A stretch of DNA of 56,631 nt, taken from NCBI GenBank assembly GCA_947629365.1, contig CANRDM010000001.1:1-56631 (forward strand). Direction: 5' to 3'. Source of the DNA: an uncultured Bacilli bacterium. GTDB taxonomy: Bacteria > Bacillota_I > Bacilli_A > RF39 > UBA660. The first letter of the stretch is position 1. Every line of letters starts with the position of its first letter. Both the position numbers and the translations under genes were made by a program. Shown here piece by piece: positions 29,086 through 38,101 of the stretch. The notes beneath the pieces were generated by a model. That model ran no database searches. It saw only the letters and a program-made list of their open reading frames with translations, and had not been told where the DNA came from.

Positions 29086-29483
29086 TCAGCTACGCCATCT
29101 AATTTAGCTACTTCTTTGAAAATAGGAATAATATCTTCTTCTGAGGCTTTTTCAAGTGCAGCTTTTAAATCTTTTTTATATTGTCTGTCTAGGCTTAGTT
29201 GCTTTTCCTCAGCATATTTAGGTCCACTATAATTTGGATCTCCTTCTGGATCATATTCGTAGTTATTCTTATTAGGTAAATAACCTTTATAAGCAGCTAT
29301 AAATGAATATACTTCTTTTTCGCATTTATAAATATGTGTTATTAATAAAGCTATTGCTTCTTTTCCTACTTCTTCATTATCTTTTGCATCGTTTCCTGTA
29401 TTGATTTCAAGATTTTTAAGTTCTTCTTTAATTTCCATTTTGTCAATAATTTCACTTAACATTATTAAATATTTTGTTTTCAT
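29073..29483 (-). CDS. tail assembly chaperone (gpG analogue)
   Basis: 136 aa, acidic, between the major tail and tape measure genes. Ends with GAT TTT TTA GCA TAA, which contains the slippery heptamer. Confidence 0.75.
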   Translation of the reverse strand: MKTKYLIMLSEIIDKMEIKEELKNLEINTGNDAKDNEEVGKEAIALLITHIYKCEKEVYSFIAAYKGYLPNKNNYEYDPEGDPNYSGPKYAEEKQLSLDRQYKKDLKAALEKASEEDIIPIFKEVAKLDGVADFLA

Positions 29484-29596
29484 TATTAAATTTTCTCCCT
29501 TCTAATTTTTAATGAAAATATTTTATATTATGTAAAATTATTCTTCCTTTTGTTATCGCTCAAATAGAAAACAAAAAGAAGAATAAAACATTATGC

Positions 29597-30154
29597 TTAT
29601 TCTCCTTTAGTAATAGGGCACTCGTCGCTATCAACAATTTTAAAAAGTCTACTATCGTCGTCAATACTATAATGAGGTATAAATTCAAGGTTATGTTCGT
29701 TTTCAGCTTTAGATACGGCTTTATAAGTAAATGCTCCTTCGTGTAACCCTAAATTAAATTTAAGAGTCTTAAACGTCTTATCTAACATTTGAGTAACGAC
29801 ATCAATAGTTTGTATATATTGTTCTTGACCTATAAGGCCAAAATCACCTTGTTCGATAGTCTTTTTATCTTCGCTTAATTTTGCATTAGGCAAAGCGTAT
29901 AATAATGACTCTTGACTGCAGCAAAGAGAAATAACTTTAACTGTAGCGTCTTCGCCGTCTTTAACTTGCATACCAGCGGTTTTACCACGTCTACCATCAA
30001 ACTCTATATCTCTAATTTCTGGAGTTATAGTTACTTCAACTCCACCACGTGTTGGACCTAGTATATTCTCGGTTTCTAGCCCTAAATTTAATACGACTAT
30101 ACCTTCGTCAATTTGTATTTTTTTGACTTCATTTTCTGTGAATACTCTTAACAT
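29597..30154 (-). CDS. major tail protein
   Basis: 185 aa from ATG 30154 (AGGAGG 8 nt upstream; the track start at 30163 is GTG). Lies between the tail completion and chaperone genes. Confidence 0.75.
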   Translation of the reverse strand: MLRVFTENEVKKIQIDEGIVVLNLGLETENILGPTRGGVEVTITPEIRDIEFDGRRGKTAGMQVKDGEDATVKVISLCCSQESLLYALPNAKLSEDKKTIEQGDFGLIGQEQYIQTIDVVTQMLDKTFKTLKFNLGLHEGAFTYKAVSKAENEHNLEFIPHYSIDDDSRLFKIVDSDECPITKGE

Positions 30155-30166
30155 TTGTAACACCTC

Positions 30167-30529
30167 CTAAAAAATTCTTACACTAAATGTTATTTTTTTC
30201 TTTATTAATTCAAACTCTGGATCGTCTACATCTTTTTGTGTTTCAAAATGTATAACTGCATTTTGTTCTTTAAAAATTAAACCATCTAATTTATTGATTA
30301 AATTTTCTAGTTTTTTTTCAAGAGTTAAACCTGTCTCTGGATCTTTAGACCATATATTTATATCAAAATATACTAAAGTCCCATATCTTAATTTGCTCCC
30401 AACTGGATCACTGATAACACCATACGGAAAAGTAGCGCCTTTTTTAGCACTATCATAGTAGAGATCTATCAATTTATTTTCATTGGCATATTTTTGTAAT
30501 GCTACAAAAAAATCACTATAGTTATACAT
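30167..30529 (-). CDS. tail completion / head-tail joining protein
   Basis: Start moved to ATG 30529 (GAGGA 8 nt upstream, overlapping the previous stop as ATGTATAA). Assignment rests on synteny. Confidence 0.5.
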   Translation of the reverse strand: MYNYSDFFVALQKYANENKLIDLYYDSAKKGATFPYGVISDPVGSKLRYGTLVYFDINIWSKDPETGLTLEKKLENLINKLDGLIFKEQNAVIHFETQKDVDDPEFELIKKKITFSVRIF

Positions 30530-31052
30530 CTTCATCTTCCTCACTTTCTTCAATTTTTCTGCAAGCTTCTTCAATAGTTTTATTTAATTCGCTTAAATAA
30601 CTTTCTTGAGCTTCGCGAATAGCGTCTATATTATCAAAAACGCTATTTCTCAGAGTAGCTTCTCCTCGTAGGCCTGGGTGCTGCACGCTCTTACCATAAT
30701 CAATAATTCCATCTGTTAATGTTTTAGCTTTATTTATTGCTATAGTATGAGTTTTTACACCAAACTCAATCCACGCGGGGTTAGTATGAGAGGGAGTTTT
30801 GCCTTTTTTCTTAGCTCTACTTTTAGAATAGTAACCAATTTGTAACTCTGGCTGACCTGTTTGCTTATCAATTTTGGCCCAGTAGCCTATTTGTTTAGCT
30901 AATCTTCCAGTATATCTTTTAGTATTTTCTTTTAAAACGTTACCAGCGACTTTGCCTGCAGCACGCAACGCAGATTTAGAAAGTTTAACCATAGTATCTT
31001 TAACTTCTTTAGATGTATCAATAAACTCAACAGAACTGCCACTTTTATTCAT
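30522..31052 (-). CDS. HK97 gp10-like head-tail protein
   Basis: 176 aa in the expected position. N-terminal pattern ...LSKSALRAAGKVAGNVLKENTKRYTGRLAKQIGY. Confidence 0.6.
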   Translation of the reverse strand: MNKSGSSVEFIDTSKEVKDTMVKLSKSALRAAGKVAGNVLKENTKRYTGRLAKQIGYWAKIDKQTGQPELQIGYYSKSRAKKKGKTPSHTNPAWIEFGVKTHTIAINKAKTLTDGIIDYGKSVQHPGLRGEATLRNSVFDNIDAIREAQESYLSELNKTIEEACRKIEESEEDEDV

Positions 31053-31356
31053 AGTTATTTGCTAATCCTGTAAGCGTTAATTCTGTTATTTCACTATCAA
31101 CCTCATAAGAACGTAATATCTTATAAGTTATATTGTTATATTTAACGTGAGTATGTTTATCTTCGTTAAATTCTACGGTTCTAATTTCAAAAACTTTTTC
31201 TGGTTTAAAGCCTGCAGCCTGCGCCTGATAAAATTCAGTGCGCTTAACCGATTTTTTATTAGCATAAACTTTTGTTTCTTTAAAAGAGTAATGAGGCTTA
31301 TTTAATTCGTCAAAAGTTTCTATTTCTTCTAATAAATATAATACATCACTCCACAT
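31045..31356 (-). CDS. head closure protein
   Basis: 103 aa. Assignment rests on synteny (connector, then head closure, then gp10-like). Confidence 0.55.
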   Translation of the reverse strand: MWSDVLYLLEEIETFDELNKPHYSFKETKVYANKKSVKRTEFYQAQAAGFKPEKVFEIRTVEFNEDKHTHVKYNNITYKILRSYEVDSEITELTLTGLANNYE

Positions 31357-31678
31357 TATTATCAGCCTCGCTTATATAATCATCAGTTAAAGCTAACTCT
31401 GTTCTTAATGTTTCGTATGAATTACGATATTTTTCGTAATTTTTATTATCTAACCCAAACTCAGCTTTAAGATAAAGAAGAACGGCTGCAACTATTAAGC
31501 CGTCTTCTTCACTATTAGCCATTTTAGAAGTGATACCATTTCTTATAAGATCTTGTTTACAAGAACTTATAAGCGTTTCAATTTCAGTATTAATCACTTC
31601 GTCGTTAATACTTATACGAAGAAAAGCTCTAGCTTTTTTCATAAATTCTTCGGTAGGTTTTTTAATTAAATTAGCCAT
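31346..31678 (-). CDS. gp6-like head-tail connector protein
   Basis: 110 aa, the first gene after the capsid region. ...RAFLRISINDEVINTEIETLISSCKQDL is typical of the DNA-packaging/QLRG-type connector family. Confidence 0.6.
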   Translation of the reverse strand: MANLIKKPTEEFMKKARAFLRISINDEVINTEIETLISSCKQDLIRNGITSKMANSEEDGLIVAAVLLYLKAEFGLDNKNYEKYRNSYETLRTELALTDDYISEADNNVE

Positions 31679-31698
31679 AATATCACTCCTTATATTTT

Positions 31699-32067
31699 TT
31701 ATTCAGCGACTAACTCTAGTCCTGTTAAATCTAATTTCTTTGTAGTTTTACCGTTTGTAAATGTAATTGTTTGAGTGTTTGAGTGTAAGTTTACTACCAA
31801 GATACCGTCTTCGTCTAAAGTACCAGTACCTTTATTTTTTGCGTCAGATAAATCATAAGTTACAGTATCTCCTGTAGTTGCTTCATTGACTTTTAAGGCT
31901 AAAAAGTTTCCTTTAGCGGTTTTACTAAATTTAGGAAAACTAGCGACATACTTTGATTTTCCAGTTACTTTGTTACCTTCAATTTGGGCCTCTTGTAGTT
32001 CACTTACTTGTATTCCTAAAACTTCGCCCTCGGGTAAACTTACTGTTACCTTTTTTGAGGGCTCGCT
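31699..32067 (-). CDS. start-codon-less +1 frame extension of the major capsid protein (122 aa, beta-rich, Ig-like-looking)
   Basis: This frame is open from 32076 to the stop at 31701-31699 with no ATG, GTG or TTG until late. Translation SEPSKKVTVSLPEGEVLGIQVSELQEAQIEGNKVTGKSKYVASFPKF...TITFTNGKTTKKLDLTGLELVAE. It is reached by a +1 slip at CCC-UAG. Confidence 0.6.
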   Translation of the reverse strand, partial: SEPSKKVTVSLPEGEVLGIQVSELQEAQIEGNKVTGKSKYVASFPKFSKTAKGNFLALKVNEATTGDTVTYDLSDAKNKGTGTLDEDGILVVNLHSNTQTITFTNGKTTKKLDLTGLELVAE

Positions 32068-33226
32068 AGGGTGTAATTAAGTCGGTAATTTCAAGAACAG
32101 CAAATGCTTTTGCATCCATAACGTGACCGTCGCCAAATGCTAAAGCTCTATGTACGATTAATCCTTCGCTAAATTTTTCGTGTTCTGAGCTAGCAATTTG
32201 TGGAGCCATATTATAGTTATACCAATATCTTTTACCATAACCAAATAAGATTTTTCCTTTTGGAGCCGCGTCAGAGATTATAACAGGTTTCTTTAATAAC
32301 ATCTCAGTTGCGTCATTATAGATAGGGTGTCCGTCTTCACCTACCATACCTTCAATATAAGTGTGGAAAGTTTCAGTATTGATAACGTAACTTGCACGTT
32401 TACCGTAAGCACGACGAATTTTTCCTTTTAATTCAGCAAGATTTTGATGTTTTAAGTTTGCAGCCTCAGCAACAGTTACTTTTTGTTCTCCATAATCTTT
32501 AGTAAATAAACCTTCTGCTTCATTATCAGAGCCTTTTCCGTTCATAACTTGATCTTCAAGTTCTAAAGCTAAAGCAAGCGCTAATTCTGATACAACAATA
32601 TCTTTAAATGCTTCGATACTTTCAGCAGCTAAACCAACGCCTAATTCAATTTTGCCACTTGTTCTATTAGATCCAAATGTAATATCTCCAGTAGTACCAC
32701 CATTAGCCGTAATAGCGTCGCCGTCTTTGTCTTTATTAGCACCAATAGCTGATAAATTACCAACACGTAAAGTTCCTTTTATATTTTTGATTTCAATAAA
32801 GCTCATAACATCTGATACTTCGCGCATTTCTGTTATGATTTCGTCGTCTAATTCTTGTGGTACCACGGCTTGTCCGTTTTCTAAAGTAACGCCTCTAGTT
32901 TCTCTACCTCCAGACATCATATATTTCAAAAATGATCTTACTTCTTTTGACATATTAGATTTTTTTTCTTCTGTATTCACTTTTACATCTCCTTCTTCAT
33001 CTTCTAAGTTTGTTCCTGGTGCTGCTTCTTCGCTTTCTGGAATAACTTCTCCAGTTTCTAAGCTACGAGCAATTTTTGCTCTTTCTTCAAGTTGGTTTTG
33101 TTCTTTATTTAAACTATCTAATTCTTTGTTAATTTCTTCTAAATTAACATCTTTTTCTGTATCATTTAATAGTGATCTAATTTCAGCTTTTCTAGCTTTA
33201 ATTTCATTTAATCTTTTTTCGTTCAT
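32066..33226 (-). CDS. major capsid protein, HK97 fold, with N-terminal coiled-coil delta domain
   Basis: 386 aa following the prohead protease. The N-terminus MNEKRLNEIKARKAEIRSLL...LNKEQNQLEERAKIA is typical of HK97-family capsid proteins. Confidence 0.9.
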   Translation of the reverse strand: MNEKRLNEIKARKAEIRSLLNDTEKDVNLEEINKELDSLNKEQNQLEERAKIARSLETGEVIPESEEAAPGTNLEDEEGDVKVNTEEKKSNMSKEVRSFLKYMMSGGRETRGVTLENGQAVVPQELDDEIITEMREVSDVMSFIEIKNIKGTLRVGNLSAIGANKDKDGDAITANGGTTGDITFGSNRTSGKIELGVGLAAESIEAFKDIVVSELALALALELEDQVMNGKGSDNEAEGLFTKDYGEQKVTVAEAANLKHQNLAELKGKIRRAYGKRASYVINTETFHTYIEGMVGEDGHPIYNDATEMLLKKPVIISDAAPKGKILFGYGKRYWYNYNMAPQIASSEHEKFSEGLIVHRALAFGDGHVMDAKAFAVLEITDLITP

Positions 33227-33272
33227 TTTCTATAACCTCCATTTTCTCGAAAAAACATTTTTATTATGATTT

Positions 33273-33893
33273 TTAAATTTTTGTTTTTGCTATACATATA
33301 TCTCTAAGTCTAGCTTGCTCCAAAGCTCTTTTTTCTTTTTCGTACTCCACCTCAAAGAAAGACCTAGCCGAAATACTTGTCGTATCATAGGCTGGTATAT
33401 CAACCGCTGATACATCGTATAGCTTTTTAATGCGCTTTATTGTTCTTGTATGAGTAGCTGCGTCATATTCATCGCCGTCTACATCTACAACAAACGCAAA
33501 GCTCATTTTATCTATGTAGCCACCTCTTATATCTTCTAAAAGGCCTCTACCATATTCAGTACCCCCGAGATACGCCTCCATTTCCATACAGACGTCATTT
33601 AGCGATAATTTTAATGTATTATTTCTAATTCTTGCAGCAACACGTCCGCCGTGATTATAATTAAAAATAACATCTGACATATCGCAACTATCAAAGGCGT
33701 GTCTATCTATTTGCTCATAAAATTTAACGCCTTCGTATTCCCAAAGACAAGTTGGGGTATTAAAGACTACAGGTACGCCGTGTACGTAGTCTTGACTTTC
33801 GCCGTTTTCATTTCTTAATTCTTTAAGTTCAAAAGAAGAAAAAATGCGAATTTCACGACCTGTCTTATTTATTAAATTATTTTTGTTTTTCAT
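33273..33893 (-). CDS. prohead maturation protease (HK97 family)
   Basis: 206 aa between the portal and capsid genes. ...FNYNHGGRVAARIRNNTL...DKMSFAFVV...VSAVDIPAYDTTSI. Confidence 0.85.
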   Translation of the reverse strand: MKNKNNLINKTGREIRIFSSFELKELRNENGESQDYVHGVPVVFNTPTCLWEYEGVKFYEQIDRHAFDSCDMSDVIFNYNHGGRVAARIRNNTLKLSLNDVCMEMEAYLGGTEYGRGLLEDIRGGYIDKMSFAFVVDVDGDEYDAATHTRTIKRIKKLYDVSAVDIPAYDTTSISARSFFEVEYEKEKRALEQARLRDICIAKTKI

Positions 33894-34047
33894 TTAATTT
33901 AGCCTCCTTCCCATTAGGCAATATAAATTTTGTATCCGGCTCTTTAACTTTCATTTTTCTTAAGAGCTCATAACTTATATAACTATTTAACCTAACAATT
34001 TTTACTTTATTATCTTTATCGGTGTTATCATTATTAACATTACTCAT
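33877..34047 (-). CDS. small hypothetical ORF (56 aa) between portal and protease
   Basis: ATG 34047 overlaps the portal stop, with GGAGGTG upstream. MSNVNNDNTDKDNKVKIVRLNSYISYELLRKMKVKEPDTKFILPNGKEAKLNEKQK. Below the track cut-off. Confidence 0.35.
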   Translation of the reverse strand: MSNVNNDNTDKDNKVKIVRLNSYISYELLRKMKVKEPDTKFILPNGKEAKLNEKQK

Positions 34048-35335
34048 TATTTACACCTCCTTCGGTACTATTTTCTAAATTATCATCTGTTTCTTGAACT
34101 GATACATCTTTATTATCTGGTGGAGTAGTTTCTTTTGGGGGATCACTGTTTTTTGACTGATACTCGTCAGCTTTATCTGCATTGATCCAGTTAAGAGACT
34201 GTAATATTTTTTGCCCTTCACTATTAGGTAAAGGCGACATATTAAATATTTCTCTTATATCGTCTTTCATTAATACGCCCATAGGCGATAACTCTTTAAC
34301 AACCGTAACTTTTGTTGTTGTTGAAGCATATTGAAGTCTATTAGCTTCAAAGACAATTTCATTACCAAAATTACGCTCGTTTTCAGTAAATAAAATATTA
34401 GTAAAACATTGAGACATCTGTATTGCAACAGGCTCAATACCGCCCTCATAAAAAGCGGACCACTCGTCCTCTTTAAATTTGTTTTGGACGATAGCCTCGT
34501 TTACTCCAAAATAATCATAAATAGCATTTTTTGTATAAGTTAATTGATCCGAAGAAATAGGAGTCGACTTTTCATTGATAGGAGTATAACTTAACTTAGT
34601 GTCAGTAACAACAACTCCACTACCATTAGACGATACACTAAAGTTGTTTTTAACAAACTTATCTCTAATCTTTCCTAAGTCTTCATCTTTAGTAGCTACT
34701 TGTGCTGACAAAATACCCCTTATACTATTAATTAATTTAGCAGAGTTAGAAACGCCCTGATTAATAGCCTCAGCAGTTTCAAGTGCTGGTTTTAAAGCCG
34801 TATTTTTAGACCCAAAAATATCGTGGTCGAAATATTGGCCTCTCATATGTATAATGTTTTCATAAGGAACGACTTTAGTTTTTCCCGTTCTAAATAAAAA
34901 TTTTAAATATAATTGTCCGTTTTTTTCTAATAAATCAATTTGAGTAGATAGTAACGGCCATAATGCAATTAATCTTCCGTCCGTTGAAAACTCTGGGTAA
35001 ATAAAAGCATTATTTGTTAATTTTAAATTAGCAGACACTTTATAATAAAAGCTATAAGCTTCCATTAAAGGGTTAGGCCTATAATTTAATAATCTCTCAT
35101 ATGGAGATTTTCCAGATAATCCTGGCCTTACGTGCCTAGCTTTTAATTTAGCAAAATTTCGGCAGTATGCGTCAACGGCGCTTCTAACAACGTCCATATC
35201 CCATATATTACCTGTGTTTGTATAGAACGTAGAGTTAAAAGAATTTAGCAAACTATACATATTAAAATTTGTAACATCTTCCATTGGTTTATTTTTTCCA
35301 CCAAAAATAGTTTTAAACAAGCCTCTATGTTTCAT
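34040..35335 (-). CDS. portal protein (HK97 family)
   Basis: Start moved to ATG 35335 (MKHRGLFKTIFGG...), 5 nt after the TerL stop, with GGGGTGA upstream. About 431 aa. Confidence 0.85.
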   Translation of the reverse strand: MKHRGLFKTIFGGKNKPMEDVTNFNMYSLLNSFNSTFYTNTGNIWDMDVVRSAVDAYCRNFAKLKARHVRPGLSGKSPYERLLNYRPNPLMEAYSFYYKVSANLKLTNNAFIYPEFSTDGRLIALWPLLSTQIDLLEKNGQLYLKFLFRTGKTKVVPYENIIHMRGQYFDHDIFGSKNTALKPALETAEAINQGVSNSAKLINSIRGILSAQVATKDEDLGKIRDKFVKNNFSVSSNGSGVVVTDTKLSYTPINEKSTPISSDQLTYTKNAIYDYFGVNEAIVQNKFKEDEWSAFYEGGIEPVAIQMSQCFTNILFTENERNFGNEIVFEANRLQYASTTTKVTVVKELSPMGVLMKDDIREIFNMSPLPNSEGQKILQSLNWINADKADEYQSKNSDPPKETTPPDNKDVSVQETDDNLENSTEGGVNNE

Positions 35336-35339
35336 TAGA

Positions 35340-36989
35340 TCACCCCACATTATACATATAGTCTTCATAATACTTAACGTATAAAACCCAAGCATTTAAT
35401 AAAGACACGGCTCCGTCGATTCTTCGACGTTCATTAATTTTTATTGGTTGAATATTATTAATTCCGCTTTTTTTAATAGCGGTATTAGTAAGACACCATT
35501 TTAAAATTGGGTTATTATTATAATTAACTTTTTTATCTGCAAAAGCAGCTCCCATTTCACGCATAGGCTGACTCCAAGTAAAAGGTCCTTGAGCGACAGC
35601 TTCCATATTAAAGCCATTAGCTTTCATTTCGTCCACCCAGTAACCAGCAAGTGCTCGGTCATAACCTACATAAATGGGATCTATTTTAAACTCTTGCTGC
35701 ATTTGACAAAACCATTGTGTAACTTGCGAATAATCTACACGGTTACCATTACATACTGTTAGTAGACCTCTATCACGCCATATTTTGTATGGAGCTTCTT
35801 GAGTATTTTTTTCGTCAAGTTTATCAATTTTAGCTTGTGGTAAGAAATAATGTTGTAATACATAAATTTTTTCGTCATTAGAGGATCTTCGAATTAATAA
35901 AGTAGCGCAAGTTAAATCTGTGGTAGCTGACAAGTCACATCCACCTATTGCATAAGTATTCTCGACCTCTTTAATATCAAAAGTTTCAGTATTGTTTATT
36001 TCTTCAAAACTTAACCACGCGTTACTATCATTTTCTCGAACATTAAAGTCTTTACATAAAACGCCAGGTAATTCTTTAGGATCATTTTTAGCAGTTTCGA
36101 CAAAACGAGCTAGCGTACTGTAACTTTTAATTGTTCCAAGTCCAGGGTTAGCTTTTACCCAACACGCTGGATCAGTCCACTCGTCACGTTTATCAAGCTC
36201 ATATAAAATTGGTAAAAAATGATCGTCTTTAACTTCACCATCAGCAACTCTACAAGCGTAGTCGTATTTATCGTCATAGATACATTCTCTAACAGTACCA
36301 GCAGTAGTTATCATTACAATTAATGGTTGTCTACGTGCTGATGTAGACTGTTTCATAACTTCATATAAGTTACGGTCTTTAATCGCGTGTAATTCATCAA
36401 TAATTACAGCGTGACTATTCAAACCGTCTAACGTGTTAGAGTCGGAAGCTAAAGCCTCAAATATTGACGATGTGGCATTAAAGTATAAATCATTTCTTCT
36501 TTTCTTAAGAACAGATCTAAGCTCTGGACTTTGCTTTACCATATTACAAGCTTCTGTTAAAACTTTTTTTGCTTGATCCTTTTTTGTAGCTACCGAGTAA
36601 ACTTCTGCTGCACCTTCATAATCAGCCATTAACAAATATAATGCTATAGGCGATAACAGAGTTGTTTTACCATTTTTACGCCCAACGAGAAACATAGTCT
36701 CGTTAAATCTTCGATAGCCAGTTTTTTTATCTAAAAAACCAAATAGTGCTTGTACGTATGCTTTTTGAAATAGTTCAAGTTTAAGATCTGCTCCTAATTC
36801 TCCTTGAGACTGTTTACAAAAAGTTTCTGTAAATTCTATTGGTCTATTAGCTGAATTTTCGTCAAAATAAAAGGGCGAGTTTTCGTCGTCCATTTCTTTA
36901 ACAAGTCTTGCATAGACTTTTTTTACTCTTTGGCTAGTTATTATTTCGCCAGACTGTATTTTGTCATTATATTCTCGTATATAATTCAT
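35340..36989 (-). CDS. terminase large subunit
   Basis: 549 aa with Walker A-like VGRKNGKTTLL, a DELH Walker B and a C-terminal nuclease half. Confidence 0.9.
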   Translation of the reverse strand: MNYIREYNDKIQSGEIITSQRVKKVYARLVKEMDDENSPFYFDENSANRPIEFTETFCKQSQGELGADLKLELFQKAYVQALFGFLDKKTGYRRFNETMFLVGRKNGKTTLLSPIALYLLMADYEGAAEVYSVATKKDQAKKVLTEACNMVKQSPELRSVLKKRRNDLYFNATSSIFEALASDSNTLDGLNSHAVIIDELHAIKDRNLYEVMKQSTSARRQPLIVMITTAGTVRECIYDDKYDYACRVADGEVKDDHFLPILYELDKRDEWTDPACWVKANPGLGTIKSYSTLARFVETAKNDPKELPGVLCKDFNVRENDSNAWLSFEEINNTETFDIKEVENTYAIGGCDLSATTDLTCATLLIRRSSNDEKIYVLQHYFLPQAKIDKLDEKNTQEAPYKIWRDRGLLTVCNGNRVDYSQVTQWFCQMQQEFKIDPIYVGYDRALAGYWVDEMKANGFNMEAVAQGPFTWSQPMREMGAAFADKKVNYNNNPILKWCLTNTAIKKSGINNIQPIKINERRRIDGAVSLLNAWVLYVKYYEDYMYNVG

Positions 36990-37375
36990 TATTTACCTTT
37001 CGGCTTAGTAACAAAATTCATAAGAGCGTTACCTTCTTTAGTTCCAGGTAAACCGTCTGGCAACAATTCGATAAGTTGCTTAATAATTGACGTGTAATTT
37101 TTAACCATAGTGTTATATGCACTAGCTTCAGTAGACATTTTTGTCCCGTATTGATCTTTTCCGTTCTGATATTCTTCCGAGACTCCATATTTACTTATAT
37201 AATCTTCAAGGTGTTTCAGCTCTACTGACATAAAAGCTGCAGTTTCGATAAGTTTTTCTACTAAATTCTTTTTATCTTTAGGAATATTTTTAAAGATTTT
37301 TTTTAGTTTTTTTAATTCCTTCGATGTCTCGTCAACTTTTTTTAATTCTTTAGAATTAACATCTTTTTCTTCCAC
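36989..37375 (-). CDS. terminase small subunit (P27-like)
   Basis: 128 aa whose stop overlaps the TerL start. Position next to the HNH gene fits HNH-dependent cos packaging modules. Confidence 0.65.
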   Translation of the reverse strand: MEEKDVNSKELKKVDETSKELKKLKKIFKNIPKDKKNLVEKLIETAAFMSVELKHLEDYISKYGVSEEYQNGKDQYGTKMSTEASAYNTMVKNYTSIIKQLIELLPDGLPGTKEGNALMNFVTKPKGK

Positions 37376-37380
37376 ATTTC

Positions 37381-37483
37381 CACCACCTTTGACTACACCC
37401 CCTTCACACGACCGAAGCAGTCCGAAAAAGGACTCAAGCGCGGTTCATAGAAAAGGCCTATCAATTTATGACAGGGGGGTGTC
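37381..37483. other. GC-rich structured intergenic island, candidate cos/packaging site
   Basis: ACACCCCC (37395-37402) and GGGGGTGT (37475-37482) are inverted, with an inner hairpin AGTCC-gaaaaa-GGACT (37419-37434). The stretch is visibly more GC-rich than its surroundings and lies between the HNH region and terS. Confidence 0.4.
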
Positions 37484-37654
37484 TTTAATTTCAATTACAC
37501 ACGCGTTAATAGGATTTATAAAAATATTGACACCGCTTTTAGTTTCAAGATATATAGGCCCTTCATCTAAAGCTTTAGCTAGCTCCTCACGACTACCATT
37601 AAACTTGACATCATAAACATAGTAAGCATAGTTAGTCATAATAGTTATTGTCAT
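37466..37654 (-). CDS. hypothetical phage protein
   Basis: 62 aa from ATG 37654 (AAGGAG 8 nt upstream). MTITIMTNYAYYVYDVKFNGSREELAKALDEGPIYLETKSG... Confidence 0.45.
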   Translation of the reverse strand: MTITIMTNYAYYVYDVKFNGSREELAKALDEGPIYLETKSGVNIFINPINACVIEIKDTPLS

Positions 37655-37961
37655 TATTAACGCTCCTTTCAATTAAATTTCCTTCCTCATCAAACATTAA
37701 GTTACTATCTGTCGGTAGCTCTGACTTATGTTCTATTGTATGGCATACTCTACATAATAACTCTAGGTTGTCCTCTCCCAGTGTAATAGCTGGGTTATGA
37801 ATATTAGAAGGTGTTAGATATATTTTATGGTGTACTATTTCGCCTGGGCCATTTTCACCGTGACAACGTTCACAGACTCCGTGTTGTTTATTAAATATAT
37901 AAGCACGCGTCTTACGCCAAGCGGTAGACTGATAAAACTCTTTAGCAAAGTCTTTAGCCAT
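37632..37961 (-). CDS. HNH endonuclease (packaging-associated)
   Basis: CERCHGENGPGEIVHHKIYL...LELLCRVCHTIEH. First gene of the late operon, upstream of terS. Confidence 0.9.
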   Translation of the reverse strand: MAKDFAKEFYQSTAWRKTRAYIFNKQHGVCERCHGENGPGEIVHHKIYLTPSNIHNPAITLGEDNLELLCRVCHTIEHKSELPTDSNLMFDEEGNLIERSVNNDNNYYD

Positions 37962-37982
37962 AATACCACCTCATATAGGCAC

Positions 37983-38008
37983 AAAAAAACACGTCTTAAC
38001 AGACGCGT
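37983..38008 (-). terminator. intrinsic terminator between the late promoter and the late genes
   Basis: On the minus strand ACGCGUCU-guua-AGACGUGU (one G-U) is followed by U7. It lies about 25-50 nt downstream of the predicted start and 20 nt before the HNH RBS. Confidence 0.75.
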
Positions 38009-38039
38009 TTCACACTTTCTAAAATTTCATATTATACAC

Positions 38040-38068
38040 ATTATAATCATTAAAAATTGCTATGTCAA
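38040..38068 (-). promoter_or_regulatory. consensus sigma-A promoter in front of the late operon
   Basis: On the minus strand TTGACA (38068-38063) - 17 nt - TATAAT (38045-40). Confidence 0.7.
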
Positions 38069-38101
38069 CAACACGTTTATTGCGTGGGTTATTGCATTTT
38101 G

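Noticed and set aside
24432-33269. Plus-strand ORFs inside phage structural genes (24432-24668, 25029-25238, 25997-26188, 27638-27832, 28562-28828, 31530-31745, 31886-32080, 32652-33269)
   Set aside because: All are antisense to strongly supported minus-strand structural genes, have no RBS and have a shadow-ORF composition.
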